From Puccinia triticina (Eukaryota), in contig CP110440.1 in assembly GCA_026914245.1 (NCBI GenBank), positions 1,798,001-1,862,000 on the forward strand: DNA of 64,000 nucleotides. Reading direction: 5' to 3'. This document shows positions 49,674-62,179 of this stretch, piece after piece. Position 1 is the stretch's first letter. Every line of letters begins with the position of its first letter. Position numbers and translations under genes: made by a program. The notes beneath the pieces were generated by a model that did no database searches, was not told the DNA's origin, and worked only from the letters and a program-made list of their open reading frames with translations.

Positions 49674-51797
49674 GGGTGAAGCTTTTTCCCTACGGGGTTT
49701 TTTATTGCTGCCCGGGGAGAGGACGCAGAGCCGGGGGCTTGGGCGTTAAAGGCGGGATGATGTTATGAGCTGCGCCCGCGCGCCAGGCTCATCCCTGGAC
49801 ATGTCTTGTAGCTACACACACATGTCACGCTCCTCACCATAAGGAGGAGCCGGGGGAAGATCCATTCTCTTTCCCCATCTAGCAATTTACATTCTAGCTA
49901 GACTTGACGGACCAGCGCCTCCCCACCCCGAGGACAGACCCTTACAAGAATTACCCTTATTGTTCCAAGAGGAACTAAAGTACTCACAAATGTGAAGGCT
50001 CATTGTTGTATGAGCTAGATGTTGATGCAAATGTTTCATATATTGTTGTTGCTTTACAGCCAAAAAAAAATCCGTTGATTGAGCAAAAGCGGTGAATGAT
50101 TTAGTGTTGACAAAACTGATTACTCAGAAGGCTGCATGAAGAGGCTTGCCCTGTGGATAGTTTGAATGGAATTCTGGTCCCGGTAACCAGGTACCATCAG
50201 TGGTGTATGGGAAAGCAAGAGCAAAGGGAATGATTGAGTGTTAATTGGGGTGATTGATTGGTATGCCGCTTGGACAGGCTCACCGCTTGAGTTTTTTGAA
50301 TGAAGTGCTGGTGCAGCATAAAACTGATTATTGGCGGGGAAAGGAACACTGAAAGTTGAAAAATCATGATTAATATCCAATTCCCTTGATTTAAAATATG
50401 ACACAGTTACCAAAAGGAGATCATGACTGACAATTGTTCTGAATGCACACCTGTAATAAATTGAAAGTTGTGGATAAAGTTGATTGGTGAATTAGCCAAA
50501 GTTTCTTCACCAGTTAAGAACTCCTTACAAAGAGCCTTGCCATCCTGGTTGTTAGGGCTGTATGGTACAGCATTTGTGTATGCCAATGCGCTGCTATAGC
50601 TGAATGATTTGTTAGGTAGTATTTCATGTCAAGGAAGTAATTTCTCTTAAGTACTCACAAATGTGAAGGCCCATTGCTGTATGAGCTAGACATTTATGCA
50701 AATTTTTCATACTTTGTTGGTGCTTTAAAGCCAAAAACCCATTCCGGTGATCAAGAGAAAGGGATGCAGGAGTTAGTGTTGACAAAAGTGATTACTCAGA
50801 AGGCCGCTTGAAGAGGCTAACCCTGTGGATAGTCTGAATGAAATGCTGGTCCTAGCAACCAGGTACCATCAGTGGTGTATGGAATACTGCTTGAAGTTGG
50901 GAAATCATGATTAAGTTCCAATTCATCAATTTGATAAGTGAATTAATTACTAGAGGGAGATCAGTAATCACGGTTGTTGCCAGTTGGAATCTGTGAATAT
51001 TGGTTCAAAGTTGGAAATAAGAGTGATTGCTGAATTAGAAAAGATTTTCCAAATCATTATTTATCTCTCTCCAAAGAAGCTTACTACCCTGGTTGTTCAT
51101 ACAGCCAGTGTAGGTTATAGCGGTGTGATAGGTAAATGAGTTGCTAGCGCTGCATGAATTGGTTTTCAATGTTGGAAAGTTAAATCTCAAATCAAGAAAG
51201 GAAACACCCTTGAAATCCTATAAGAAATCAAAGTACTCACGCCTGTACTTCCAAAGGTGGAGGCTCAATTCCAAGTAGAGATGAAGTGGTTGAGTCTCTT
51301 TCAAAAGCGCTTGGTACTTTGTGTTCATAATAACTGTGTGGTCAGAAAGAAAGAAAGAAGGGAATTATTGTTGGTATACCACTTTGGCAGGCTCACCATT
51401 TGAATTTCTTGGATGAAGTGCTGGTGCTCCATAAAAAAAATTATTGCCAGTGGATCAAAAATCATTAACAGTGTCAAAAACTCATTTTTTTGTGCAGCAT
51501 TTCCCCACTGTAGGATCAGTGAATGCTGCAAAAAAAAAGAGTTATTGTGTCAGCCAGCTACCCAGTAGGAGCTGGCTAGACAAGTAAAAATAGTAAAAAT
51601 AAAAAATATTAGTACAAAACAAAATATATTAGGTCATCGCGGGTGCACCTTGAAACAGTAGTGTGCCCCGTAGAAAATATACAAAAAAATTGAGCATAAA
51701 ACTAAAAATATATATTGTAAGCAGGCACACCTTTAGATAGTAGCACACCCACTATAACTAAAAGACCAGAGCACACTTCAGTAAATAAGAAAGTAGT

Positions 51798-52043
51798 CAC
51801 TGCAAAAAAAACTTGGTCAACTGCTTGCAGTTGACATGCAGGATACTCAAGCCAAGCTAACATTGTAACTCCACCTGAATGCACAAGTGCCTTTGTTGGC
51901 ACAGTCACTGTGCAAGGTGCACAGTGACTGTGCATTGAAGCTTTGGTTGAGTCAAACCTTGGGTAAGGCTGGTGTAACACCACAAGCTTCCTCAGAGTTA
52001 CCGCATGTCAACTGCTCACAGTTGATACAGTTTTTTTGCAGTG
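51798..52043. mobile_element. CACTA/EnSpm-type MITE
   Basis: CACTGCAAAAAAA TIRs, 3-bp TSD AGT; inverted copy at 56728. Confidence 0.9.
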
Positions 52044-52063
52044 AGTGTAATAAATTCCTGTAC

Positions 52064-53055
52064 TGACAGCTCTGTTTATGAAGCTTAGGGCAAAAAACCC
52101 GTCAAAATAAGGGTTTTTGGGCCCTAGCACTATAACTGTGCTGATGTAAACACTAGTAATGTAAGTTACTAAACTTGTTACGGGGTAATTTGGCCACTAC
52201 AAGGGTTTTAAACACTCTTTAAAAAGAGGAAGATTTACCATGTAATTAATAATATATAATTATTAATTACAGGGAATAAATTTGGAGTAAAAGTAGGTGG
52301 TAAGCGCTTAAGCTGATTGGCTGCTTGTCAGAGGCAGAGGTCTTACGGCAACTACTTTTAAGGATAAAGCTTGTAAATATGCTAATAAGGGATTTTTGAT
52401 ATTTAAAGGTTTAATCCAGTGGATTTTACGTGCTGGGAATGGTTTTAAAGGGAAAAGGGGCTACAATAGTAGCAGAGGAGAATATTCACGGCAACTTACA
52501 GTTTATTGGCGGTGAATGGTCTGGGGGATCTTTTCCTGAGGGCCAAATAGGCCTCTATTTATAGAGGGGACTTCAGTGGGCGTAAACACTGAGTCCTTTT
52601 CTCCCTATGGGAGTATCCAGGGGTGTAGCCGTGAAAAGGGCTTGGCTGTGGGTAATTTAATTGTATTGTAATAGACCAATTTCCCTGACTCTGTCACATG
52701 ACATGTTTATAACCAATTGTCATGTGAAAGAGCTTCAGTAGAAGTCTACATAATAATTTCACGGGGTATTTTTACATGAGTAATATTACTCATTAATGTA
52801 CAACAGTTGAATTTTATGTACATTGTTTGTTTTACTAAATTTATGTATGTAATATTATTTTTGGGCGCTTTCTGGGGCCAATTCTTATTTATACAATTAG
52901 TACATGAAGGAATAGGAATAAGGGGGTACTTTAAGTGGGTGACCCCCCTTAATTTATGATGAGGAATCTGATTCTGCAATAATGATTTAATAATTATTAT
53001 TATTTACTAAGTTATTGCAGTCTTTTGGATACTTGATGTATCTCTAAGGCTGACA
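52064..53055. mobile_element. Solo LTR, same family as 29787-30794
   Basis: TG...CA ends, exact TSD TGTAC. Confidence 0.9.
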
Positions 53056-56000
53056 TGTACCTACAGAACCGTAGTTTTCAGAAGCAGCATTGTATTTGCA
53101 GCGCTAGCATAATAATGCGCTGTAACTGCAGGACTGCAGTGTCCAGAAGCAGTGTTGTATTTAAAGCGCTGGCCATGTAGTAAAAAGTCCCATACTTCCA
53201 GTGTTGCTGCGTCCAACAACGAAATGATGCCTTGTACATACAGAGCTTCCAAGCCATAGTACAGTGCTGTAATTATTATACAAAGCATTTCTCATATTAC
53301 CATGGCGTAAATCTCTTGCAGATCATACACACTTTTAGCCCCATGGTTATTGTTTCCTCTTATGTCATCCCAAGCCATGGAGTAGATGCCTTGTTGCCTG
53401 GTTGCCTTTTCCCCTTGTTGGAGGATTTTGCACTGCTTTTCTCATCCTTCTGTTTGCCTCAGAGCCACCTGTTGTCCCCTCACTATGAATGTAGAGCCTC
53501 TTGGCCCATTCTGTTTTTTCCCCATCAGATCTTCATTATCTCTGGTCACAGCTTAAAGTTAGATATCATCAGAAATATACTTAACTTCAAACAATCACCT
53601 GTATAGTGGAATACCAATAACCAACAATGCAACTATTACGCTAAAAGGAATGAGAGGCACTAAAACATAGTGTAGCGCTGGCCCCCAATAATCTGGGCAG
53701 TTAACAATAGGGGTAGCAGTCCAGCGCTACATATAGTGTGTAGCGTAGCAAGACCCTTAGCTTTTTGAAGGCGCTAACACTAAAAATAGCTGTATTTTAG
53801 TGCCAAAGCCGCTACACCCGCTAAAACATTGCTACATTCCAGTTTAGCGGGATGAACGCTAAAAAATCAAATTAGCACAAATTAGTGCAGTAATTAGCGC
53901 ATAAATGATGGGCTAATGTGCATCCTGCTAAATCTTTACTTAGCCCAAACATTAGGCCACCAATAGCTTATAGATTATGGAGCTGAAGGTCTAGTTTTTT
54001 CCCAGATTAGATAATTACCACCAATTCTGCAATAATCACCCCTAATTATTCAATAATTACCGCTAATTATTTAATAAATTACTGTATCAATAAGGAATGC
54101 TAATATATTGCTATATTAGCGCAGAGACACTAAATATAGCTGAAGCGTAGCGATCAGACGCTAAAAATCACTGCTTTCTGGCAATTGAAACTTTGGATTT
54201 TTCTCTAGCTATCAGTTAGCGTTAAATGTAATATTCTGGCGCCCAAAACCACCACTAAATTAGTGTATTACATGCTAACCGTTGCGTAACAGTTGCTGTC
54301 AGCAGTGGTAATACCAAGACTAAGGTCTTCTAGCTACACCAGCTGCAAAAAGTATGGTATAGTACTTTGAGGACAAGATAATAGCTTGGATTCTAAAGTA
54401 GAATACCGGCACAAAGGAGATCATGTTTTTATGTTTTTAAGTGGAGGGGCTTAACTCAAAGAGCCAAGGGTATTTAAGTGCCCTCCGTAACTATTCAGGG
54501 CCTGTAGAACAGGGTTGGTGGAATGCCTGAAGCAGCGGGGCCATGAATTCAGGTTTGGTTTGCTAGGATTACCCCTAAACAGATCTTTTCTAAAAAGGGA
54601 TCCAAAAAAAATGAGAGACACTTAGACGGACTCACTAAGGGCCTTGGGTGTCAAGGATACTTACTGAGATGTTGACTGAAGGTTCCTCTGCAATGGACAA
54701 CGGTATTGAGCAATGGAGCGACAAGAAGCGCACCACAATGAAGACTCTGAGATTTCAGGCTAATCTGACAAGTTATTGGAGTAATCAGGACAAATTTGAA
54801 GTCAAGTGGTTACTGTGAAGGTTTTGTTGGGTCAGGTGAAGATGCTAGTTTCTTCTTTAGCGGAAAGGTTTTGTTCTTTATATAGCTTTCCTTCTGGATC
54901 TTCTTCACCGTAGGGATCCAGGTATCTAGGGCTAGTCCTCTACTTTTGCGGGAGCTCATCTTTCTTCTTGTCACAAAGATGAGCTCTTCTCTGACGGAGG
55001 CTTTATTAGGTACTAAGATGAGCTCTGTATATTGGGATGAGCGCTCATGTTACAGCAAATCTATTCGCAATGTTTTGCTCATGTCTTTAGCGGTCATAGT
55101 CACATGTCTTCAGTCACAAGTATGGCAGCTTTTTGTGGTCTTAGTCGCTGTGTGACGTGCGATAATAGTTGCAGACTTTTCTTTAGTCTTTTTATGGATT
55201 CTTTGTATTTTGCGCCTCCTTATTACTTTCTTGCTCTAAGGAGGCGCTTCTTTTATTTATTATTCTCTTTTATGCTTAGATTCTTTGTATGCTTTAAAAT
55301 GAAGCGCTTTTTATGTTTTTATTGTTCAGTTAGCTCTGATACAGTAGCTAGCTGACAGTTGCATTGTTGCAATAACGGGTCTGACTCTACTCATTTTCCC
55401 ATCATTTTGTGTAGAAAGGAATATTCTGAAGACTTCATCAGCCATACTTCTCTTTCAAATTCTATACTCTTATTCTTGTTTCATATTACTCTCTCTTCCT
55501 GGGGGGCAGCCCTTCAAGCATTCATCCCTCTCACAGCTTTATTCCCTGAGAGTATTGCTACAACAAACTTACCGGAACACCTCCCCAACATTGGCACCAT
55601 TTGATATTTGTTGTGCCCCAAACTTTGCTGTTGGAGACAGAAATAAGCTATTTCCCCACCCAAACATCAATTACAAGCTTGGATCAATAAATCAACAAAA
55701 ACATAGCAACTGATCTCTACGTTTTGGCATGTTTTTTTATGAACAAACCCCCCATCTCCAAAAACACATTGAAAAAGCAGCCCCAAAAGGCACCTTGGAT
55801 TGGCCCTGTTGAAACTCACTGTACTCTGTGCGTCTTTTGCAGTACCTCAAACGTGAAATGGCCAATGACATCTGAATCTGCAGCACATCAATTGATCTCA
55901 GGCTCAAGATCAAGGGGCAGGCCTGCTTCTCTCAATCTTTGTACTCAGTCTGTTTTATCCACCAAATTTGATCCCCTTCTTCTTCACTTCCCGCCAACAT

Positions 56001-56727
56001 TTATCCCTTTCTCTATTACCTTCCTCTCCCTTCCAAAAACTCATAAACTTAAATCCTCAAGCTTCTGTTGCAATCAAACATTGCCTCTCTTGATCAGCAT
56101 CTCACATTGAGCTCATATAATCTAGTGTGGATGTCTTGTCCTACTCCCAACTTGGTGAGGAGTGTGCACATGGCTCTTCTTCTTGGATCTTTTTTATTGG
56201 ACTACATTTCTGTTACTAAAACTTGTCCTTTTAGTCCTTGCTCCTTTCCATTTTCCTCTCTATCCTTATTATCTAGTTGTCTGTTAGAACTTCAAAACTT
56301 CTAATTTGGTATGAATTCTTTTCCTATGATCTTGTCTATTGTGTTTCTTTATTTCATCATTTCTAATTCTTTTGTTCTTTCAAATCTGGTCTTTTTTTTC
56401 TATAAAGCAATCCATTCTTAGGTTCTTCAGGCCCTCCAGCTTCTGTGAGCAACAAGTAAACAGGGCTAGTCATTGGGTCAAATTAAGCCATGTAGGGGGC
56501 CTCCAGGTAGGGGATAGGACAAAATCTGATCACCTGTGGGAGAACTCAGCTTGAAAAACTGGCCTGCTTTAATACCCAGTTTCATCAAATCATCCACCAG
56601 TTTTTTGCCCGTCTTGACGACTCAACACTAACACACTGATCACCTCTGACCAAGCCACCCATTATCAACAGATATTTATATATGTAGAATCAAAATTAGC
56701 TGTGCCCCTGGCAATCACTATGGCCTA

Positions 56728-56974
56728 CACTGCAAAAAAAACTGTGTCAACTGTGAGCAGTTGACATGTGGTAACTCTGAGGAAGCTTGTGGTGTTACAC
56801 CAGCCTTACCCAAGGTTTGACTCAACCAAAGCGTCAATGCACAGTCACTGTGCACCTTACACAGTGACTGTGCCAACAAAGGCACTTGTGCATTCAGGTG
56901 GAGTTACAATGGTAGCTTGGCTTGAGTATCCTGCATGTCAACTGCAAGCAGTTGACCAAGTTTTTTTTGCAGTG
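56728..56974. mobile_element. CACTA/EnSpm-type MITE (second copy, inverted)
   Basis: Same TIRs, 3-bp TSD CTA. Confidence 0.9.
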
Positions 56975-57395
56975 CTAAGGAATGCCCCAGTGGTGTGAGC
57001 CTGTGTCTCTTATGTGACAGCAGGAAACAAGAAAAATGGGTGGGCACTGCTTGGATTTCTTGGGATAAAGAAATAACAAACATTAAGAGAAAAAGAGAGA
57101 GAAAGAAAGAGATGATCTGAGAGATTATAATCAAGGTTTTGTTGACCTGTAGGTGAGAACTAACATCCACTTACACTAGCAATGCTACTCTTTGAGGGAG
57201 TGCTGCCAAGCTGTGCCAGAGATTGCAACAGCCTCTTCTCACAATGGAAATGTGTAAGGTATCTGAATTAGACAAGTCTAATCAGCCACAATTTTTTACA
57301 CTTCTCTGTGGATAGTCAAGGTTCTTTAAAGGGAAACCTATGTGGTTTTTTACGGACAAAACCCACAGAAAAAGGAGGATATGCAATCAGAGGGA

Positions 57396-57755
57396 TGTGA
57401 AACCCCCAGCTCCACTGGGGTTTCACAAGGCCTCACGGGCCATGTCACATGACAGTGACTGTAGTTCACCCTGTTCCCCTTGCCCCATCTAGTCCGGCAG
57501 AGACTCTGGACCCCACTCTCTCTCTGCTCGGGCTAGGTAAGGATTTCCCTTTATCTCTCTCCCTCTCTTTCTCCTTCCACTCTCTTCCTCTTGTACATAG
57601 ACTAACAAGAGACCCCGGACCCCACTCTCTCTCTGCTTGGGCTAGCCACGCAATCAAAGCTCCCCAACCGTTGGTTCTAGAACCGCTAGGCCTTTGAGCC
57701 CGTCCCACCGTGCCTCTCCAGCCTCTGCTCAGTGAAGGGTCTCCCAACCCTTACA
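57396..57755 (+). mobile_element. Solo LTR (360 bp) related to the LTRs of 58964-62179
   Basis: TGTGAA...CCCTTACA, exact TSD AGGGA. Confidence 0.88.
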
Positions 57756-57991
57756 AGGGATCCTTGGGACAAGAGGTCTGGATATATGATGACCTGTGAT
57801 CAATAGAGAAGAGAAAAAGCAAAGAGGTAGGGAAAAAAATCAAGAGCCAGAGAGGTTTACCTCAAAGACACTCAAGGGTCAGTGAAAAAGGGTACTAACT
57901 TTCAATATACTTGACGCCTGTCACAGAAGGTGTACTGAGTATAGTGGCCTTTGGTTGCTGATCCTGGGTTATCTGGGGGTGTGGTTCTGGG

Positions 57992-58402
57992 TAGGGTTGA
58001 GAATTGGGCCGGGTTAGCCCATGGGGAACCCACACAAGCGCTCTCGGGTTGGTGTGGGTTGTGAATTTTTAGGTCCCACGACTAAATGGGAACCTGAGTT
58101 TGGATAGCGGGTTTTGGGCAGCCTGTGGGCACCCATTGAATTTCAGTGTGGCCGGAGTTGAAGTCGGAATCTTGGATCTTTGCTGAGCTCCCACACTGGC
58201 ACTTCAAGTGCTTGTTTGTGGGTCTGACCCAAGTCTGACCCAAGTCCAACCCAATGAAATCAGTCTGCCCAACCCAACCCGCTTTGAGTTGGGCCATTCC
58301 AAGAGTCCCACAGACCTTGGCCCATCCAATTGTGTTCAGACCCCTGTTGGGCTAAATAAAAACCAAGTGGGCTTGTTTGGGCTGGCCCAATTCTCAACCC
58401 TA
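57992..58402. mobile_element. hAT-type MITE
   Basis: TIR TAGGGTTGAGAATTGGGCC; 8-bp TSD GTTCTGGG/GTTCTAGG. Confidence 0.85.
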
Positions 58403-58437
58403 GTTCTAGGTGTCTTGTAGAGACTGTAAAATGAAGA

Positions 58438-58523
58438 TGTGTCTGGTGAGAGTCGAACTCACGACCTCAGCTATGCTGAGACACATACTAGAGTGCTGCC
58501 TTTACCAACTAGGCTACAGACGC
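58438..58523 (-). ncRNA. tRNA-like cloverleaf in TRIM LTR with intact A/B boxes
   Basis: GCGTCTG TA GCCT-AGTTGGTAA-AGGC ... CTCAGC-ATA-GCTGAG GTC GTGAG-TTCGACT-CTCAC CAGACAC A, followed by TTTT. Confidence 0.82.
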
Positions 58524-58859
58524 TTGTGGCTGCCAGCTGGGTGGTTGGTTGGTAGTGCTCATGGGTCAATCCAACAGCCCTCCATACTGTGGTGATACAT
58601 CATGGTAGCAGACTAACATACAACTCAACACCCCCCCTTGCTACATGATGGGAAGTGGGGATTGACCCCAAGAGAGAGTGGGAATGAGACCCAGGAAAGA
58701 TGATCAGCGTAGGGATTGAACCCGTGATCTAGATGTAGGCTTATAGGGGTTTGCGTGGTCTCACAAGTATGCATTCACAAATTCATCAAGTCTCTATTGT
58801 AAGCGAGTAGCGCTCAGGTAGCTCTGGGCTCATAACCTGTAGAGACTGTAAAATGAAGA

Positions 58860-58945
58860 TGTGTGTGGTGAGAGTCAAACTCACGACCTCAGCTATGCTG
58901 AGACACATACTAGAGTGCTGCCTTTACCAACTAGGCTACAGACGC
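58860..58945 (-). ncRNA. Second LTR copy of the tRNA-like sequence
   Basis: Copy of 58438-58523 with two substitutions (T loop TTTGACT). Confidence 0.75.
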
Positions 58946-58963
58946 TTGTGGCTGCCAGCTGGG

Positions 58964-61900
58964 TGTAAGGGTCCAGTAGACCCTCACTGATGAGATGGGT
59001 AGAAAGGGCGCGGGGAGCGGGCTAGAAGCCGTCTGGGAGGTTTCTAGGTCCAAACTGTGGGGGACTGGATTTCAGGCTAGCCGGGAGAGAGGAGGAACTC
59101 TCTCTGTTAGTCTAAATACAGGCAAATCATGAAGAAGGAAATCGAGGAGAGAAGAAACGGGGTCGAGCTTACCTAGCCGGGAGAGAGGAGGAACTCTCTG
59201 CCGGACTAGGGAAGCGAGCAGCTCGGACTAAGTAATTCGATGCGCGGGGGTCACGTAATCCCGTGACCCTTTGTGTGGAGCCCCATTGATGAGGGGGGGC
59301 TTCACAGTCTCCCCTCCTATATGAATATGAAAATAGGAGGCAGAGTGGGAAGAACATTGGCGGGGACTGAGTCGGGGCGAGTGAAAAGTGGGAGGAAATT
59401 GATAACCGTGAAAATCAGGAAGGGCCGTTTTGATAGAAGGAAAAAAGGAGTATAGGCGACGGTGACAAAATGATTGGGGATTTGTGGCATTGGGACCGTG
59501 GCGGCGCAACGTTGCCACCATTGTTGTCAGTTTGCGCGGTCGATCTTGAATGTGTCGTGTATCAGATGCGATGTTGGTCTGGCATTTGTCGGGGACTCTT
59601 GTTGAACGGGGAACGGGGTCGATGGTAGTAGGACAAATTAGAAAGGTGGGAACTGATGAGTGGAGGGGAATGAATAAGAGATCAGGGATCTTGGGTCGTG
59701 GAGGAGGTATCGGTCGAGTCAATCGAAAAATCTTTGGCGGTGTCCGAAGGCCTGTGGGGGTGAGGACGCGTAAGCGTCGCCCAGCATGAAACTCATGAAG
59801 GCCTTGAGAAGCGGGAGGAGGAGAAGGAGCAGTGGAAGGGTTCACGTACTCCGTGGTCCCGTGGTTGTCAACCGGGAACCACTTTTCAAGGATTGATTCC
59901 ACTTGGTTGTCGACTGCGTGTACGTCCATGAGATCGGACGTGTCGGTGGGTTCTTCCGGGAGTAGATGCGAGTCGTCGTCAGATTTTGGGGCTACTTGCT
60001 CTTCTTTTTTGATTTCACTGAGCGGATCATCACCATACAACAGTATTGTTGCTTCGAGTTGGCCGTCGATCGCCGAGATCAGGGACACTTGGGACTGTTC
60101 AAATGGGGGGGCTTCATCCATGCCCGCTACCCCTGCCGGTTTGCCAGTGGGTCTGCCCGCAGCTGCGGGGCCGGGCTGCTTTTGGTGTGCGCTTGACCAG
60201 GCCCGTGGGGCCACATAGTTCGGCGGCTTCGGTGGGACTTGAAACGCCGGCGGAATGTAAACTCTAGATCGATCGGGGGGGCCAGGACAAGCCCCCGCGG
60301 GGTTGCCGCAGTGCTTCTTGCAAAAATGGCACTTCCCTACCGAGTCGAGATAAGCGTGCATCCGCCATAAATACAGGTCGGGGTCTAAACGGTTCTGGCC
60401 TGGTTGGGAACCAGGACCAGGAGGGCGAGAAGAGGTCGCGCGGGGTCTGGGGAGCTCAGCGTAGAATCCGTTTGTTCTTTGTTCGAAGTCGCCATAAACG
60501 AAAGGTTTTTGTCGAAGAAGTTGAAAGTCTTTGACCTTCACACGGAGTGCCTGTGGCAGGCCAAGGACGACGAATTCGGCTAAAGAGTAGTCGTCGAAGA
60601 TGATCATGTCGTAATTGATCAGGTTTTGAAGCGTTTGGGCTCGATTACTGAAGTCTTGAAAGCTTTCATTCACTGTCATTTCGAGGCGGACGATTGATTG
60701 TCGTATATCAGCGCGCCAGTCCTCGGGTAGACAGAACCCAAAAAGTCGGTTCTTAAAGTCGTTCCAGGTCTTGCCGAGGAACTTATGGGATTCATTTTCA
60801 TAGAACGCCAGTAAATTGGTGTCGTCGATGAGAGAGCCAAGAACGAGAATTTTATCGTCGGAGTGTTTGACTCCTTTTGTTGAGAAGAATATCTTCACGC
60901 TGCGCATCCAGGTTAAGAAGAGTTCTGCATCTTGTATCGGACCTTTAAAACGTGGGCCGTCGGATGTTCGGAACTTAGCGAGGTCAATGCGATCGTCAGC
61001 AGGGTTTGATGTGTCCGACGGTGTCTCTTTCTTGATCGAAGATGACAACGCAACCTTCTCCAAAGCCTTGATTCGTTCGCGATCCGAACGGCGCTGCTCC
61101 TCTGCTCTAATCTGGGCCTGCTCGGCTTGCTGTTGTGCCATCTGCAGCTGTAGGGCTGTCGTCTTCTGGATCGCCATCATGGTCTTGAGGCAATCAGCAA
61201 TCGAGATATCGTCCCTCTCTTGGGGTGGAGGGTTTGGCTCGGCCATTGTAGTTCGCTGAAGAAACAGAGACGGAGGAGAGGGTGCTCGTGGAGCGGTCTG
61301 AGGGCTAGTGCCACGTGTGGGCGATGGTGGAAGAGGGACTGAGATAGGGTTTGGACTGGTGTGGAGAGCTTCAAGTCGAGCGCGTCGACGGGCCGCTCGA
61401 AGGATCTCTTCTGGATCTGTTGGTGGAAGGAGGGGCTCGTTAGCTCTCCTCGTGGTCATTAACCAAGCACGAGTGCGCAGACGATCGGTCGTCGGGGAGG
61501 AGAGGGGCTAAGGGTGTTGGCGCAGGATCAAGGGGTGGGGCGTATGGGTCCGAGGGCAGAGGGCGAAGACGACGACGACGAGAATCAGATAAGATCGAAG
61601 GCGTCAGGTCGCACGATCGAGTACAAAGGTACTGAAGGATGGCGAGGTCGAAGGCAGAGATCGAGGCTCCAAAGAGCGAGGGCGAAGGCGAGGACAGAAG
61701 ACGATAGCGAGGGCGAAGGCGAGGTCAGAGGGTGCTGGAGCTGGGTGATGGACCAAAACTGGCGAGGTCGACGAGTCTGTGCGAAGTCGGTGATAGGACC
61801 ACGATGGTCGGTTTGTTTGGAACAAGAAAAAAAAAGTGTAAGGGTCCAGTAGACCCTCACTGATGAGATGGGTAGAAAGGGCGCGGGGAGCGGGCTAGAA

Positions 61901-62179
61901 GCCGTCTGGGAGGTTTCTAGGTCCAAACTGTGGGGGACTGGATTTCAGGCTAGCCGGGAGAGAGGAGGAACTCTCTCTGTTAGTCTAAATACAGGCAAAT
62001 CATGAAGAAGGAAATCGAGGAGAGAAGAAACGGGGTCGAGCTTACCTAGCCGGGAGAGAGGAGGAACTCTCTGCCGGACTAGGGAAGCGAGCAGCTCGGA
62101 CTAAGTAATTCGATGCGCGGGGGTCACGTAATCCTGTGACCCTTCGTGTGGAGCCCCATTGATGAGGGGGGGCTTCACA
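58964..62179 (-). mobile_element. Non-autonomous gag-only LTR retrotransposon nested in the TRIM 5' LTR
   Basis: 343-bp LTRs 58964-59306 and 61837-62179 with 2 differences seen, TSD CTGGG, PPT AGGAGGGGAGAC. Confidence 0.93.
59228..61459 (-). CDS. gag: Gag-like protein, 743 aa; no pol domains seen
   Basis: Single ORF between LTRs with a coiled-coil N-terminus, a capsid-like region (GPRFKG...TWNDFKNRLF) and Cys/His cluster CHFCKKHCGNPAGAC. Confidence 0.75.
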   Translation of the reverse strand: MTTRRANEPLLPPTDPEEILRAARRRARLEALHTSPNPISVPLPPSPTRGTSPQTAPRAPSPPSLFLQRTTMAEPNPPPQERDDISIADCLKTMMAIQKTTALQLQMAQQQAEQAQIRAEEQRRSDRERIKALEKVALSSSIKKETPSDTSNPADDRIDLAKFRTSDGPRFKGPIQDAELFLTWMRSVKIFFSTKGVKHSDDKILVLGSLIDDTNLLAFYENESHKFLGKTWNDFKNRLFGFCLPEDWRADIRQSIVRLEMTVNESFQDFSNRAQTLQNLINYDMIIFDDYSLAEFVVLGLPQALRVKVKDFQLLRQKPFVYGDFEQRTNGFYAELPRPRATSSRPPGPGSQPGQNRLDPDLYLWRMHAYLDSVGKCHFCKKHCGNPAGACPGPPDRSRVYIPPAFQVPPKPPNYVAPRAWSSAHQKQPGPAAAGRPTGKPAGVAGMDEAPPFEQSQVSLISAIDGQLEATILLYGDDPLSEIKKEEQVAPKSDDDSHLLPEEPTDTSDLMDVHAVDNQVESILEKWFPVDNHGTTEYVNPSTAPSPPPASQGLHEFHAGRRLRVLTPTGLRTPPKIFRLTRPIPPPRPKIPDLLFIPLHSSVPTFLICPTTIDPVPRSTRVPDKCQTNIASDTRHIQDRPRKLTTMVATLRRHGPNATNPQSFCHRRLYSFFPSIKTALPDFHGYQFPPTFHSPRLSPRQCSSHSASYFHIHIGGETVKPPLINGAPHKGSRDYVTPAHRIT

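Larger units (their letters stand above)
44131..49946 (+). mobile_element. Full-length Ty3/gypsy chromovirus LTR retrotransposon
   Basis: 186-bp LTRs 44131-44316 and 49761-49946 with 1 difference seen, TSD AGAAT, purine tract before the 3' LTR. Confidence 0.97.
43352..51500 (-). pseudogene. C2H2 zinc-finger gene copy 2, interrupted by the Ty3 element
   Basis: 43368-44130 closely matches 32150-33012 and 49952-50640 matches 33094-33690. The upstream boundary is approximate. Confidence 0.7.
51548..55357. mobile_element. Possible long LTR remnant hosting a MITE and a solo LTR
   Basis: TGTCAGC...GCTGACA termini and motifs shared with 23405-27790. No TSD. Confidence 0.35.

Noticed and set aside
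58438..58523. Functional or amber-suppressor tRNA (CT-CTA reading)
   Set aside because: No clean anticodon stem forms around CTA and the sequence is part of an LTR, so it is treated as a pseudo-tRNA.
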